This document shows, piece by piece, positions 51,710-64,000 of a DNA stretch of 64,000 bases. The notes beneath the pieces are model-generated. The model searched no databases. It had not been told where the DNA came from and saw nothing but the letters and a program-made list of their open reading frames with translations. A program made the translations under genes and the position numbers. The DNA lies in the NCBI RefSeq assembly GCF_009834535.1, contig NC_045696.1, positions 92,816,001 through 92,880,000 on the forward strand, in the 5' to 3' direction. Within the stretch, counting starts at the first letter, position 1. Each line of letters opens with the position of its first letter. Source of the DNA: Camelus ferus (lineage: Eukaryota).

Positions 51710-52640
51710 AATCATTGATGCAATGAACAAAAATGTATGGCATCACCACTGTGTGCCAGGCCCTGTTCTAGGCACAGGGAATCATGAGTGAATAAAACAT
51801 TTCTGTTCTCTTAGAGCTTACATCTTCGTGAGCAGTGACAGAAAATAAGGAAGTAAATAGATGTTAGTAAGAGACAACCAGTAGGCCTCTCCAGATTGAG
51901 GCATCAGCACCTACTCCTCTGGGTTACTTAATCCTAACCTGAATTTCAAGGAGTCAGTCCTGGAAAGATGTGGAGGGAAAGCATTTGAGAGAGAGGCAGA
52001 GTGCCTGGAGGACTGTGTGGAGCCCAATGATTATAGGAAGGGGGAGTAAGGAGACAGGCTGAAGTGAGATCATGTAGGCTGTAGCGAAGAGTTTGGGATT
52101 AATAATCTTGGAGGCTGTTGGATCATTTTGAAAAGTCTACCTGACCTTTAAAAAGAAAAACTACGTTAGCTATGACATGGAGAATTTTATGTGGTTGGGG
52201 GAGCAGGGAGGTCAACTGGAATGCTGAGACATCCAGGAGAGAGATGATGGGGGGTTTGGATCATGGGGTTGTCATATTGATAGAAATGGTGGATTTGAGT
52301 TGTGCTTTAGATGAAGAGTCAGGCTTTGTGAAGGATGGAGAAGGGAAACAACGATGACGTCTTAGTTTGGGGCTTAAACAGTTAGGGGATGGAGGGGAGC
52401 CAGTTACTGAGACAGAGAGTCTGGGGCAGAGCAAGTCTAAGATTTACGTGATGTTTAAGACTCTTCGATGTCCCAGCACTGGCACCCGGCAGTTGTACAT
52501 ACAACTGAAGGCTGAAACTGAAGGAGGAGGGTGGTGCTGGAGATTGACATTTGGAGTCATCTGTGTGTGAACTGGAATGAATACCCCAGGATTAGGCCAT
52601 GCTGCATAGGGTGGCGTAGAAACTCAAGTTCCTTCAACAT
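51710..52640 (-). mobile_element. L2 3' region
   Basis: cactgtgtgccaggccctgttctaggcacaggga tail, gagcttacat, tttggagtcatctg. Confidence 0.8.
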
Positions 52641-52808
52641 TTGGAAGTGGTTTTATTGTCCTGAGGTAGACTTTTCAATGATCCAGAATCTGCTGACAGT
52701 GCCTTGAGATGCTGCTTTTTTCTGAGCTCTCATATCATTTAGGAAGAGGGAAAGAAACTAGTTTTGTTGAAGGTGTAATGTGCGCTGAGAATTGAACAAG
52801 ACACCTTT

Positions 52809-53293
52809 GTTAAAATTGAAGTATAGTCAGTTTACAATGTTGTGTTAATTTCTGGTGTACAGCATGTTTCAGTCATATGTGTATCTACATATATTCCTTT
52901 TCATTCTTTTTCATTATAGGTTACTGCAAGATACTGAATATAGTTCCCTGTGCTATATAGTATAAACTTGTTTATCTGTTTTATATATAGTACTTAGTAT
53001 CTGCAAATCTCTAACTCCCGTCCCCACCCCTTTTCCCCCTCTGGTAACCTTAAGTCTGTTTTCTATCTCTGAGTCTGTTTCTTTTTTGTAAATAAATTTA
53101 TTTGTGCTTTTTTAAAAATATATATTCCACATATAAGTGATATTATATGGTATTTTTCTTTCTCTTTCTGACTTACTTCACTTGATGATCTCCAGGTCCA
53201 TCCATGTTGCTGCAAATGGCATTATTTTATTTTTTATGGCTGAATAGTATTCCATTGTATAAACATACCAAAACCTCTGTATACAGTCATCTG
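52809..53293 (-). mobile_element. LINE-1 3' end inserted into a MIR
   Basis: ttgaagtatagtcagtttacaatg...tggctgaatagtattccattgtat; direct repeat caagacac(c/t)ttt at 52797-52808 / 53294-53305. Confidence 0.88.
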
Positions 53294-53569
53294 CAAGACA
53301 CTTTTTATACTTTATCCCACTGAATCTTTACCATGATGCTTGTGTTGAACATGTGAGGTGACTGGCCCAGAGTCAGCTGCCTGGTGACAGTGTGACTGAG
53401 AAATGAATCCAGGATTTGTATGCAGGTCTTTTGGCTTTCTTTTTGCTACATCATATTTGCAGATAGCAAAATTGCAAAGGAGTGGCAATATTTTCTTTTG
53501 CTTGCTCTGGCAAATTATGTGCAATTTTAAAGTAAATATGACACCTTCCATATGTTAAAAAAATTCTTT

Positions 53570-54510
53570 TTCAAAGCAGTACTTGCTCATGGCAAAGACA
53601 AGAAAATTCTTTAACAATACAGAAGGCTTTAAGGTGGAAATTGAAGAACTCTTGTCTCTTCCTCTTTAAATACCATTTCCTTTCCACAAATTTCAGAAAA
53701 TTTCCAAGACTATATAACATATTTATATATATATATAAATATAAGAAATATATATATATATATATAAGAAAACTCGAGTAGAATCATGATGCTGTAAATA
53801 CTGCTTTGTAACTTTTTATTCACTTAATGTGAATCTTGGACAGCTGTCCATTTTGGCAAATTTAGATGTATGGTATTATTTTTAATGACATCATACTATT
53901 TTTATGATTGACTCATAATTTATTTAATCAGGTCTCGTGGATGTTTAGATGATTTCTAGTTGGTTTTTAGACAATTACAAACAAGGTGGCAATGATCAGC
54001 CATGTTACCTCTCTCTATCTCTTGCTTTATTATTCCAATATCCGTACAGGATAAATCCCTGGTACTGTGATTGCAGGGTCAAAATGCACGTTTATTTTAA
54101 ATTTAGACAAACATTGCTAAATTGATGCAAGTAATGTTACCTAAGTTATGACCTTATTATCAGCCTTGGAACTTCATCCACAATTGCTTTTTTTTTATAT
54201 TAAAATTTGTGCTTTTCAAAGTATTTCACTTTTGACTTTAAACTTTTAACCATGAGGAAGGTTAAGCATTTTCCTCTATTTATTGGTCATTTCTTCTGTG
54301 AATTGTCTCCTCTTATCCTTTTGCTTATTGACTTTCAGGAACCCTTTATGGATATTAATCCTTTTTCTGTTATGTCTCTTTGCAAATGTTTTCTCTTAGT
54401 CTTTGCTTATTTTGAATTGTATTTTTGGCTTATGTAGATATTTTTAGATGCAGTTAAACTGATCATCCTTTTCCATTAGGGCTTTTGTCCTTTGCCTGTA
54501 TCATAGAAAG
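53570..54510 (-). mobile_element. Ancient L1 (L1ME-like) fragments with internal (TA)n
   Basis: gtgattgcagggtcaaa, ggttaagcattttcctctatttattggtcattt, atggatattaatccttt. Confidence 0.7.
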
Positions 54511-56512
54511 TGTAAAAGCCCTGCTCTGGGAGAGCTTCTATGAGGACCGACATAGTTACATGATATTGCTTATGTGCTTGAAATTGTATAGACTGCAGTC
54601 TGAAATGGGTCCTGCATTCCACTGACCTACTGATGTCACATATGACTCTCCTAGCACCCTATGCTTCTGACATTAAGATGGCTGTCAGGTGTCAACTCTC
54701 CTGCCAACCTCTTACTTTCTTCCTGGACTACAGCTGTTTTTTCCTCCTTTGGTTCTTTCTTACTCTCTTCTTCACCATCAAGGTTTGCTTCCAGTTGCTC
54801 CTTCTTGTCCCTGCCACCCTTGTGTTTATATTTCCTACTCTCTCTTGACCCACCCCCAATACCCTCCCTGCCCTCCCTGACATTTTTTTCTGTCCCTTGT
54901 CAATTGCTGTATGCCTCCCAGGATCCACCCCACCAATCAGGATGATTGTAGACACTTTTCAGCCCTGTTTACTCTTGCTTGGAAGTCACCCTCACACTGC
55001 TGCAGAAGTGTGTAAATGTTTGTGTTCTCATACGTGTGTGTGTGAAGGCGTGTCATTATTTCTGAATGCAGAGACTCAAGAAATCTTGTTACCAGATAGT
55101 TTTGGTTTTAATGCTGGCCTTTTTTCTGGGATTGACTATTTAGAAACTTTATAAGCACATCTGCTCTGATTACACATGCGAATTTTGCTTAAAAGGAGTT
55201 TTAAGTTTTTTTCATCGTTCTCCCATTTTTAGGTCTTTCTACTTTAGAAAAATGATTTTAAGATCTATAGTGCAGTGATTTGGGATAGCGACTCTAATCA
55301 GAGTGCCACAAATAGGCTGTGGTGAATGCTCAGCTACTTAGTGATGTTTATGTGGCATTTAAAAAAAAAAAAGAGGAGAGCTTTTGGTATTAGGACTAGG
55401 ATTTGGATGGGGACAAATAATTTTTGAAAAATAAACCTGAGGGGGTTCTCCAGGCATTTTCCTCACCACAGGGAATATCTATTTTTACATATTTTTTTAG
55501 CATGGATTCCTGCCCACCCCCTCAAAACACCTGCCACAGAAACGAGGTGTTTGCTTTAAATGCCTTACAACTTGATTGCCAGCTGGCTGTGCTTCAACTC
55601 AGCAGGTGGTCTGAAACCTTGAGCCCCTGGGAGACCAATGGCCTGAAGACAACAAAGGCTTGGGGGCGGGGCAGTGCTTTGTTTTCTAGAAAATGTGATC
55701 CCTTCCTCCGTTGTCTGTTATTTGACTCTTAGACAGAAAGCCTTGCAGGCACACAGAAGCAGAACTTCTGTGTACAAAAGTAGGACAGTTTGCCTGAAAT
55801 CAGTTAAACTTTCTTGACTTTTTTTTGCCAAAAACAGCAAAAAATCAACTCTGTTAACCAATAGTTGGTGAGGGAAATAGGGGCTTGAGTGTAAGAATTG
55901 GGAACTGTTGGGTGTATATGAAATTTTTGGATTACAAAATACATTTTCTCTTTTAAATTTCAATTAAAATCCATGCAAGAGGTAGGTGGAAAGTGTGTAC
56001 AGTGACTTTGAGAAATGAATGAGACGATAACAACTTCAGTAAATACTTGTACTATGTTAGTGTGTGGAGCCCACTGTGTGAGTTTCCTGTTGAGGTATCT
56101 TGCTTTTCAAAGAGATGACTCTGGATGGGGTATGGGTGAGAGCAGGTAAAATGCTGACTGGTCATGGGCTCAAAACTAAGAAAGCACCTCTGTCCTACTT
56201 AGCAGCTATGCACCAGTTAGAACAGATCTGAAATTGTGAGGTACTGACCATCCCCCAAGGGGACAAGAGGTGATAGAGAAATAACTGATAATGATTACTT
56301 GAAAGCCGGAATTTCGTATCTCTTAACCCTCGCTTAAACTGGGACATTTCCTATTTTATCAGTAGGGGATGAGACCTTGTGCTGACATCCTGACATACAG
56401 CCGAGCTAGTTTCACCAAAATGACTCTGAATTTAAGCCCAGCGCTGAACTGGGAAACTGGCTCCCACTGACCACATGCTAAACAGGCAAGGTGGGCAGTA
56501 GTGGTGCCTGGA

Positions 56513-57390
56513 GCTGTGGTTTCCAAACTTAAATGGGCCTCAGAATTACCTGGGAGAGGTTTTAAAATGCAGATTCTCAAGCAACAAGTGATACAGGAAA
56601 ATGAATGCGGGACAAGAGGAGTCCCTGGGACGTGCCCTGCCAAGTGTGGGTCCTTGGCTTTGTGCATGAAGGAATTCAAAGGTGAGCCACAGCGAGTAAA
56701 GATAGATTTATTCAGAGAGATACATACTCCATAGACGGAGTGCTGGCTGTCTCAGAAGAGACAGGCCATGAGGTGTGGGGGTTGGGTGCTTAGTTCAAAG
56801 TAAAAGTTAGATACATACGCCAGTCGTACACGAAGTGTAAGCCATCTCGGAAGGTGCGGGAGTGAGAGGCCACGAGACATGGGGGTGGGTGTTTCATTTA
56901 AAGTAAAAGTGGATACACACTCCATAGAGAGGCCGTGGGCCCTCTCTCACTCAGAAGGGAGAGTGGCCTTTCGGTGTGGGGGTGGTTAGTTTTTATGGGC
57001 TTGATAACTTTAGATGCTAACAAGTGGGAGGATTATTCCAGCTACTTTGGGGAAAGGGCTGGGATTCCTAGGAAATGGACCACTACCCACTTTTTGACCG
57101 TTTATGGTCAGCCTCAGAACCGTCATGGTGCCTATGGGTGTGTCATTTCCCATGGTAACATAATGCAATGAGCATATAATGCAGTTCAAGGTCTACTAGA
57201 AGTCAGATCTCCTGCCATCTTGGGCCTCAAGGCCTACCAGGAGTTGAATCTTCTGCCATCTTGGTGTTAATTGCTGTGACATTGCTATAATGGCTGTGTC
57301 CTGCCCCTTTCCTTCTTGTCTCACAAGGATTTCCCAGACATGGTCTGGGGGTCTGTATCTTAAAGCCAACCCTGGAGACTGGTTGCTGCC
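56513..57390. mobile_element. MER5-like hAT MITE split by the ERV1 LTR
   Basis: gtggtttccaaactt...cagaattacctgggagaggttttaaaatgcagattctc on the left; ggtctgggggtctgtatcttaa...ccctggaga on the right. Confidence 0.65.
56589..57323 (-). mobile_element. Complete ERV1-class solo LTR (735 bp)
   Basis: TG...CA termini (tgatacagg / cttgtctca), 4-bp TSD CAAG at 56585-56588 and 57324-57327, minus-strand AATAAA at 56707-56712 and TATA-like cccataaaaa near 56990. Confidence 0.88.
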
Positions 57391-58424
57391 TTAGGAGAAG
57401 TTGGATTTGTTCAAGGACCTCACTGGGCTTTGATCTCCTAACAGCCGTGTATATGTCTATCTTGAGCGTTAGCTCAAGTCAGACAAGAAGCTAGCATTCT
57501 GAAATTAATGTGTGGTCTAGTAAACTTCTTATTCTTTTTAACATGCTCCCAGTAGACATGCTTTTGTGCTTTGACATGACAGTTCTCGTAGAACTAAGAG
57601 AAAATATGTTACTGGCTTTAGGGAAGGTTAAACCTCACTAAGTCCCTTTGCCCAGCATCACCCAGGAAACAACCAAGAAGGTTAGGAGTAAGCAATAAAT
57701 GAAACTGGCTTTCTAGTTACTGAAAACAAATACTGAGGTCTAGTTTTTAAGGTGGTAAACAGAGTATAATTCCTTTAGAGTACTCACAGCTACTGTTTAC
57801 ATGTGCTAAGTGGGGATTAAAAATGTACACAGACCTGGAACAAGAACCATTTAAAAAAGGCACCAAGCGCTCTCATCACGGTCTTCGGGGGTCAGGCTCA
57901 GACTTTGTCTCCTCTGGAGTTCAGCTGATCCATGCCACATCCCCCAGCCCCATTCCTTTTTGTCCTTAATTTTTTCCATTGCATCCCCTATTTTATTGTT
58001 ATTTTTACATACTACATACTAGTCTTGTATTCATGTGAAGTAGTATCACTGTGATATATAAAGTTTCTAAAAGCTAGACCTGGTGTATTACAGACTTTAA
58101 GTATTTGGTTGAAGGGGTCTAAGGAATCAGCAAACCGATTAGTTATTTTTATAGATCAGAAAACTGGAGTCAGAGGTGTTGGAAAGGTTTATCAGTGATG
58201 GGCCAGTTAGTGGCCTGGGCAGGACTTGAAGGCAGACTTTCCATGTGGTGAGATGGAAGGAGAGCTGCCCGAGGGCACAGGGCACCTGATTTAAACCTGG
58301 TTCTGGTGCTGCCTAGCTTTATGACCTCAGACAGGTTCTTCATTTCTCTGACTCTACAGTGAGAGGCAGTTAGTTATCTCCACTTACTTCACAGAGATCT
58401 TAAGAGGAATAAGTCACCTAATGT

Positions 58425-58617
58425 TATGTCAGCAGTCTTCAGTCTGGGTGCACAGTAGACTCTGGGAAGTTTAAACAAACCAACGAATAAAATAGATGCT
58501 CCGTCCAGCTCCACCCTGAGAGATGCTGATTTAATTGACATGTGGTGGGGATCTGTGATCAACACTTTAAAGAAGGTCCCCAAGTGATTTTAATGTGTAG
58601 CCAGGGTGGAGAACTAC
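58425..58617. mobile_element. MER5A/MER5B-like hAT MITE
   Basis: gagatgctgatttaattg...ccccaagtgattttaatgtgtagccagggtggagaactac. Confidence 0.8.
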
Positions 58618-60062
58618 AAATACAATCGTATCTGTTGTAGCTTGGGAATTTTGCTCCCACATAGCCAGTTTGTCATATCACTAAGTAAATGACAGAGCAG
58701 GACCTGTAGTCCTTTATATATATATGTATCTCATAATAAACCATACTGTGGAATGGTGACGACATCGTCATTTCTGATCTTACGTTGACATAGAAAACGC
58801 TTTACGTGGTAGATGGGACCAAATTTAGAATTTTAAAAATTAATTCACATCCCCCTTCCTCATGGGATAACATCAAGTAAAACCAACAAAACTGTATTGT
58901 TATGAATTCTTGTTTGTATTTCATTTGTTTCTCAGGGCCAATCAATATGGGACAGAAACTACTGTTGAATATAAAATGGGTCTTAATAAAAAGGAAAGTA
59001 TTATGTGAAAGGCTTTATAAAATAGAAAAAAGGTTCTGACATTTAAAAAGTTACTGATTAATTCATTTCACCCTTTCTTTGACCTAAATCCTCCCATACG
59101 TATTAATAACCTTGCAGACTATGTGCAGGTAGAGTTGGCAAACAAGTTCCAAAATGTTACTGCTAACCAATTAGTTTCTAAAAGCCTTTCAGATAATCTC
59201 ATCTTCTCCCAGGAGTGATTTAGGCAATGAAAAAAAAAAAAATCAATGAACTCTGCATTGTTTGCTCTTCAGTGGGAAGAATCATGACTTAATGAGCGTG
59301 GCGCTCTCTACGCTGTTTGAAAGCACACTTAGTCATAAGCTATTATTTGACTTTGAGGCCTTATTACTGGCAAAGAAGAGTGTTTCAAGTTGACGCCATT
59401 CCTTGTGAGAGCAGTTATATTTTATATAACGGTCACTTGGAGAATTCGTGTCTGTTGTAAGATATCCAGATGTTAATCAGGTTTTTTGTTTTTCTTTCAA
59501 GTTATTCTAATAGGCTTCTGGATGAATGAGGCTCTCAGCGTATGGAAAGATAAAATAATACTTGTGAAAGCCACATCAGCTGTTTATAGACTCACAGAAC
59601 TTAGAGGAAAAGGCATTTCTGGGTTGAGGGAAGTGAAATAATCAGCGATACACTGTGACCTTCTGAATTTTACACAGCTGGTTAGCGACCGAACCCAAAC
59701 CAGAACTCTTTCTGCTAGCCCTCCTTCTGCCCCTGAGCCTGGACCCATTATCATCCAGCCCATCACCAAGAGGTCTCAGTGCTCACCATGTACCAGGTCC
59801 CGAAATACGTTTTTGGTCTGTGCTGAGAATTTAGCATACCCTTTACTTCTGTTCTGATGCTTCGGGGCAATCTCCCTCTCCTTCCTTTGACAGAGACATT
59901 ACCTGCATTATTTGGCACCCTTTTCAGATAGAAATGAAATTGTTTTCAGAAACTAATCCCTTTTAGTTACACAGATTTACTCTGATCTGTGGAAGCTGGC
60001 AAGACATCAATTCACATTTTTCATGTACCTTTCTGCTGAAAAGATTCTCTTGCAGAAGATTT

Positions 60063-60100
<38 letters not shown>

Positions 60101-60869
60101 CGCTAATGCAGTTTGTTGATCAGTGTCCCAGAATAGGTGCATTGACAAAAGAGTGCAAGTGATATTTTTGTATGACCTCAACACAAGCATGGCTGTGACC
60201 CTGTGTGTGAGAAACCATTTCAAAGTGACCTTTAAAGTAGAGAATGAGCAGGGCACCAAGTGTGGTTATTACTGGTGGAGGTGATTTTGCTTCTTGGCCT
60301 TTAAAAGAACAGAGCTAAGAAACGTACGTAGGTATCTATATCCACAAACATACAAATCCATACACAAGTAGCTTGGTGTGTGCGTGTGTATGTTTTTGTT
60401 CACTTTTTGTGTTTATTTCCCCTCCTCTCATTCTCATTGGTTGAATTTTAATTTTGAACATACAGGATACTAAGAGAGGTGTCACTGCCTTTCTTATCTT
60501 TTTACTCAGTTCTCTCTCACGCTTAGAGGTAACCAGCTTTATTGTTTTCTGGGTTATCCTTCTTGTGTTTCTGTTTGTATTGATAAGCAGCTATTTATAT
60601 ATTTAAAAAAAGACCCATCCTTTGTTATGTAAAAAGTAGCATACTGTATATGTATACATGCTTGCTTACACTTTGCCTCCTTCACTTACTCCTGGAAACT
60701 CCGCATCAGTTCACAGAGACCCTCTTATCCTTTATAGTTGTGTAGTACTCCATTGTGTGCATGTGTATGTTATTTATTCAGCCCATCTCTCATTCTGCAT
60801 CATTTTCACCCTAAGCAGCGGTAGAAGAGTTTAATGTGATGTCAGGGGAATAGCGGAAAGAGAAGACAG

Positions 60870-61170
60870 AATAAATGAACACAGTCACCACGGGAACCTC
60901 AGAAACATTATGCTGAGTGACAGAGGCCACATAATGCATGATTTTCATTTATTTGAAATATTCAGAAAAGGCCTACGTGCAGACACGGGAAAGTAGGTCA
61001 GGGGTCGTCTAGGGCTGTGGCTGAAAGTGGGAAGTGCCTGCCGATGGGCGTGATGGAAACAGTCTCAGTTTAGATCCTCACACAGCTCTAAATATACCAG
61101 AGTCATGAAGCTGTACCTTTAAAACAGCTGAATTTTCATGTATGTAAGCTATATTTCAAAGCTGCTAAAA
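60870..61170 (+). mobile_element. Old L1 (L1MB/MC-like) 3'UTR end
   Basis: gaacctcagaaacattatgctgagtga...gaattttcatgtatgtaagctatatttcaaagctgctaaaa. Confidence 0.75.
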
Positions 61171-61821
61171 CAGATCACCATCAGGTGGCATGTATGGCAT
61201 TCCTAACAGGATGTGGTTATCTCTCATTCAACCTTGGCTTGAAGAAGTAAACCCTCTTGGATGCCATCTAGCCTGAGTAGGAATGTTGGGAACCCACCCC
61301 CTTCCCCCAAATGGTACTTTCTATCACAGTACTTCAACTCAGAAGTGTATTTTTAAACAGCATTTTCTGCTTGAGGAACTTAGTGAGCTGATAACCCCCG
61401 AGGAACTTTACTCATTTTAAACTGACTGTGGCAGAAACGATTGATTTAATCCTTTTAAAGAGTTGAATTCTAAAGGACGTCATAGAGTGCTTTGTGGTGC
61501 CTTTCATTTTACAGATGAGACTCTGTTAAGAGTTTTAAAACTCTAATTATGTAATAATGTTGGAAATGTAATTCCCTACTCATCTGTTCTGCTCTTTAAA
61601 TATTTATGCTATCCTGTTAGGCAGCAATTAAAATAATTATTAAGATGGTGTAGAGACATGGAAAACTGTTTATAATACAAATGAAAAAAAGCAGAGTGCC
61701 AAATGGCTGAAATATCAGGATTGCAACCAGTACGTCAAATTTGTGTTCATATTGAGATCTGGGGCATAATGGACAAGAACAGTGTGTGTGTTATATAATG
61801 GGCGAATGCCTGTTTCTTTCT

Positions 61822-61998
61822 TATTTTTTTTTTTTTTAATTTTTATTGAAGTGTAGTTGATTTACAATGTTAGTTTCAAGTGTACAGCAAAATGATTCAG
61901 TTACACATAAACATAGATACATATTTTTTCTTTTCAGATTCTTTTCCATTATGTCATTATAAGAAATTGAATATAGTTCCCTGTGCTGTACAGTAGGT
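61822..61998 (-). mobile_element. LINE-1 3' end
   Basis: poly-T + tttttattgaagtgtagttgatttacaatgttagtttcaagtgtacagc...gttccctgtgctgtacagtagg. Confidence 0.85.
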
Positions 61999-63514
61999 TC
62001 TTTCCCTTAACATTCTTAAACATTGCTGCACTCTATCCAAATAAACTTTTGTAAAAATATTAAGGATACCAGAGGGAGAATATGGGATCAGAGAGATTGT
62101 TGGTATCTGCCTGAATTTGTAGCCTGTATTACAGACTAGCCGCAGACACCTTCCAGTACTCGGAATGTGTGATGAGGTTACTTCATCTGACGCCTCCGGA
62201 ACGCTTCCCTTGTTCACCTGCCACTGGAGTCTTGCCTTTGTTCCCTTGTTTCTCATCTGATTTTATGGAATCTACTGATCCAGCATGGCTGGAGAATGAC
62301 TTTTATAGAGAGTGGTAATTACTGTTATCTATCTCAGCTGAAGACAGAACATGGAGAAATTATGCTGACCCTGAAGTAACTTAGATGACACTGGAAGAAT
62401 ATTTCGTCTTGGACATGGGTGATTATTACTCAGAGGGATGAGTTATGAGGAATGGCTGGGGGGCTCCGTCTCTGGTTAGCTGTACAGCTCTAGTGGACTG
62501 ACTACTCCCAGGTTTGAGGAAGGGAGAAGTCTCAAGACTTTCCTGGACTTGATTTTTCAATTTGACTTTAACCAAATGGTGTTTCTGTGTGATAGGGAAC
62601 ATCATGGAGAAAGCATAAGGCAGCTACGTAAATAATTTAAGTAGCACGTTGTTTCAGATGCCAGCCCTGCCAAGGACGTTTTGACTATGTATACTTGCTT
62701 GCTGCAGTGGATGATGCTGGCGTCTTAGCCCGTGGCTGAGTTGGTGGGATAAATGTGAAGCTAGTGAACATTTAATATATTATTCAGGCGCACTCCGTTT
62801 CTGAGGGCTTGGATCCCACTTTCTAAAATGGTTGCATTTCTTTGGATGATGCTTGTCAAGTGGTAGGTGGTATTTAGTAGCTCACGTAACAGATTAAACT
62901 TTTATATCTTTGTGCTTTTCCTGTTAAAATGTTGATGTTGTAGTCATAGCGATTCCATTTCAGGAAAAAGAAATGGGGCTGGGAAAAACAGAGGGAAGGG
63001 AGGTGCAGTGTGAACAAAGAAGAGGGCACTGTGTCGGATGTAGACAGTCCTTGTAAGAGGTCTGCAGTCCTTGCTCTAGATCTTTGATGGTGCAGTTAAT
63101 TCAGTTTTCCTCCCTGATGTAAACAATTCATTTTATTCTCTCTTCCCAAACATCTTTCTGAATTATATCTTTTATCCCACCCCCTCCATTGCTCAGAAGT
63201 ATCTTGTAAATCTCATTGCATTGCTGTTGGATTAAAATCTTATCATCTGGCATTCCCAACCCCCCACACCTAGTCTTATCCAGCCCCCAAAATCATGTAT
63301 CCTGTTAATTCCCTTTTAGGTACCAAGGACAGAGGGTCATCTTTACCTATCCTCTGATCATAGCCCTGCTCTTTCCTGTCCCCAAATCTCCACTGACCTG
63401 TTTTATTACCATTGGGTTATTACACTTCTCTCCATTGGAGCACATCATATTCTCTTTTACCAGGTACTCCCACATGTATTTTTGTCTTGGCATTTTTTTT
63501 TAATTTCAATAATA

Positions 63515-63745
63515 AAACTATACTAATAGCTACTGTTTTTAGTACTTTACATGAATTAACTCATTCAGCCCTTAACATTTCAAGGGGTAAATGATATTAT
63601 TCCTATTTTATAGATGAAGAAACAGGCACCGAGAGATTAAATACTGTGCCCAAGGTCATAGAGCTAGTATATGGCGGATCTGGAATTCTGTCCCAGGATG
63701 TCTGGATCCAAATTCTGTGTTCTTGACCACAGCTCTAAACTGCCA
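63515..63745 (-). mobile_element. MIR SINE, near full length
   Basis: tattattcctattttatagatgaagaaacaggcaccgagagattaaat...gcccaaggtcatagagctagt. Confidence 0.87.
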
Positions 63746-64000
63746 TTAATAAAATATCTCTTTAGAGATTTCATTCTCTTAAAATTTAACCTCTTTAAAT
63801 CCAAGACAGAGTCTCCTTGTTGTCTGCTTTGCCTCATTACATAACCCTGGAGTAGGGGTTGCTCTGTAAATATCTGTTTCCTGATGAGACCTAATGTCAG
63901 TGGCCACAGAAGCTCTAATAGACTTTTCTGGGAGTCTGGCTTGCTTGGTTTGACTTGATGACTTTATCCTGATGCACTGACTCTCTTCTGTTCTTCTACT

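Noticed and set aside
56718..57000. CRISPR-like or other regularly spaced array
   Set aside because: Diverged tandem units inside an LTR, with no constant repeat plus unique spacers; eukaryotic context

Overview
Mammalian non-coding DNA, most likely from a camelid (two tRNA-Ala-derived Vic-1-type SINEs and a recurring lineage-type L1 3' end). The only coding exon I can support is a 43-nt start exon on the + strand (5674-5716, MADLEVYKNLSPEK, GTAAGA donor). It matches, from memory, the N-terminus of phospholipase C eta-1 (PLCH1). It is preceded by about 1 kb of repeat-free promoter/5'UTR and followed by a >58 kb intron; the next exon (VERCMSVMQSG...) is not in the window. The rest is an intronic repeat landscape: young and old L1, L2, MIR, solo LTRs (MaLR, ERV1, ERVL) and DNA MITEs (MER53, MER58A, MER8, MER2, MER5). 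I see no evidence of a new protein-coding system. The most notable signals are: (1) overlapping uORFs and a competing out-of-phase consensus splice donor at the PLCH1 start exon; (2) several aberrant L1 insertions with readable target-site duplications (three 5'-inverted, one also 3'-truncated, one apparently chimeric, one poly(A)-only); (3) an ancient L1MC-like fragment captured inside a younger L1. Repeat subfamily names come from recalled consensus sequences, not a database search, and boundaries of old repeats are approximate.
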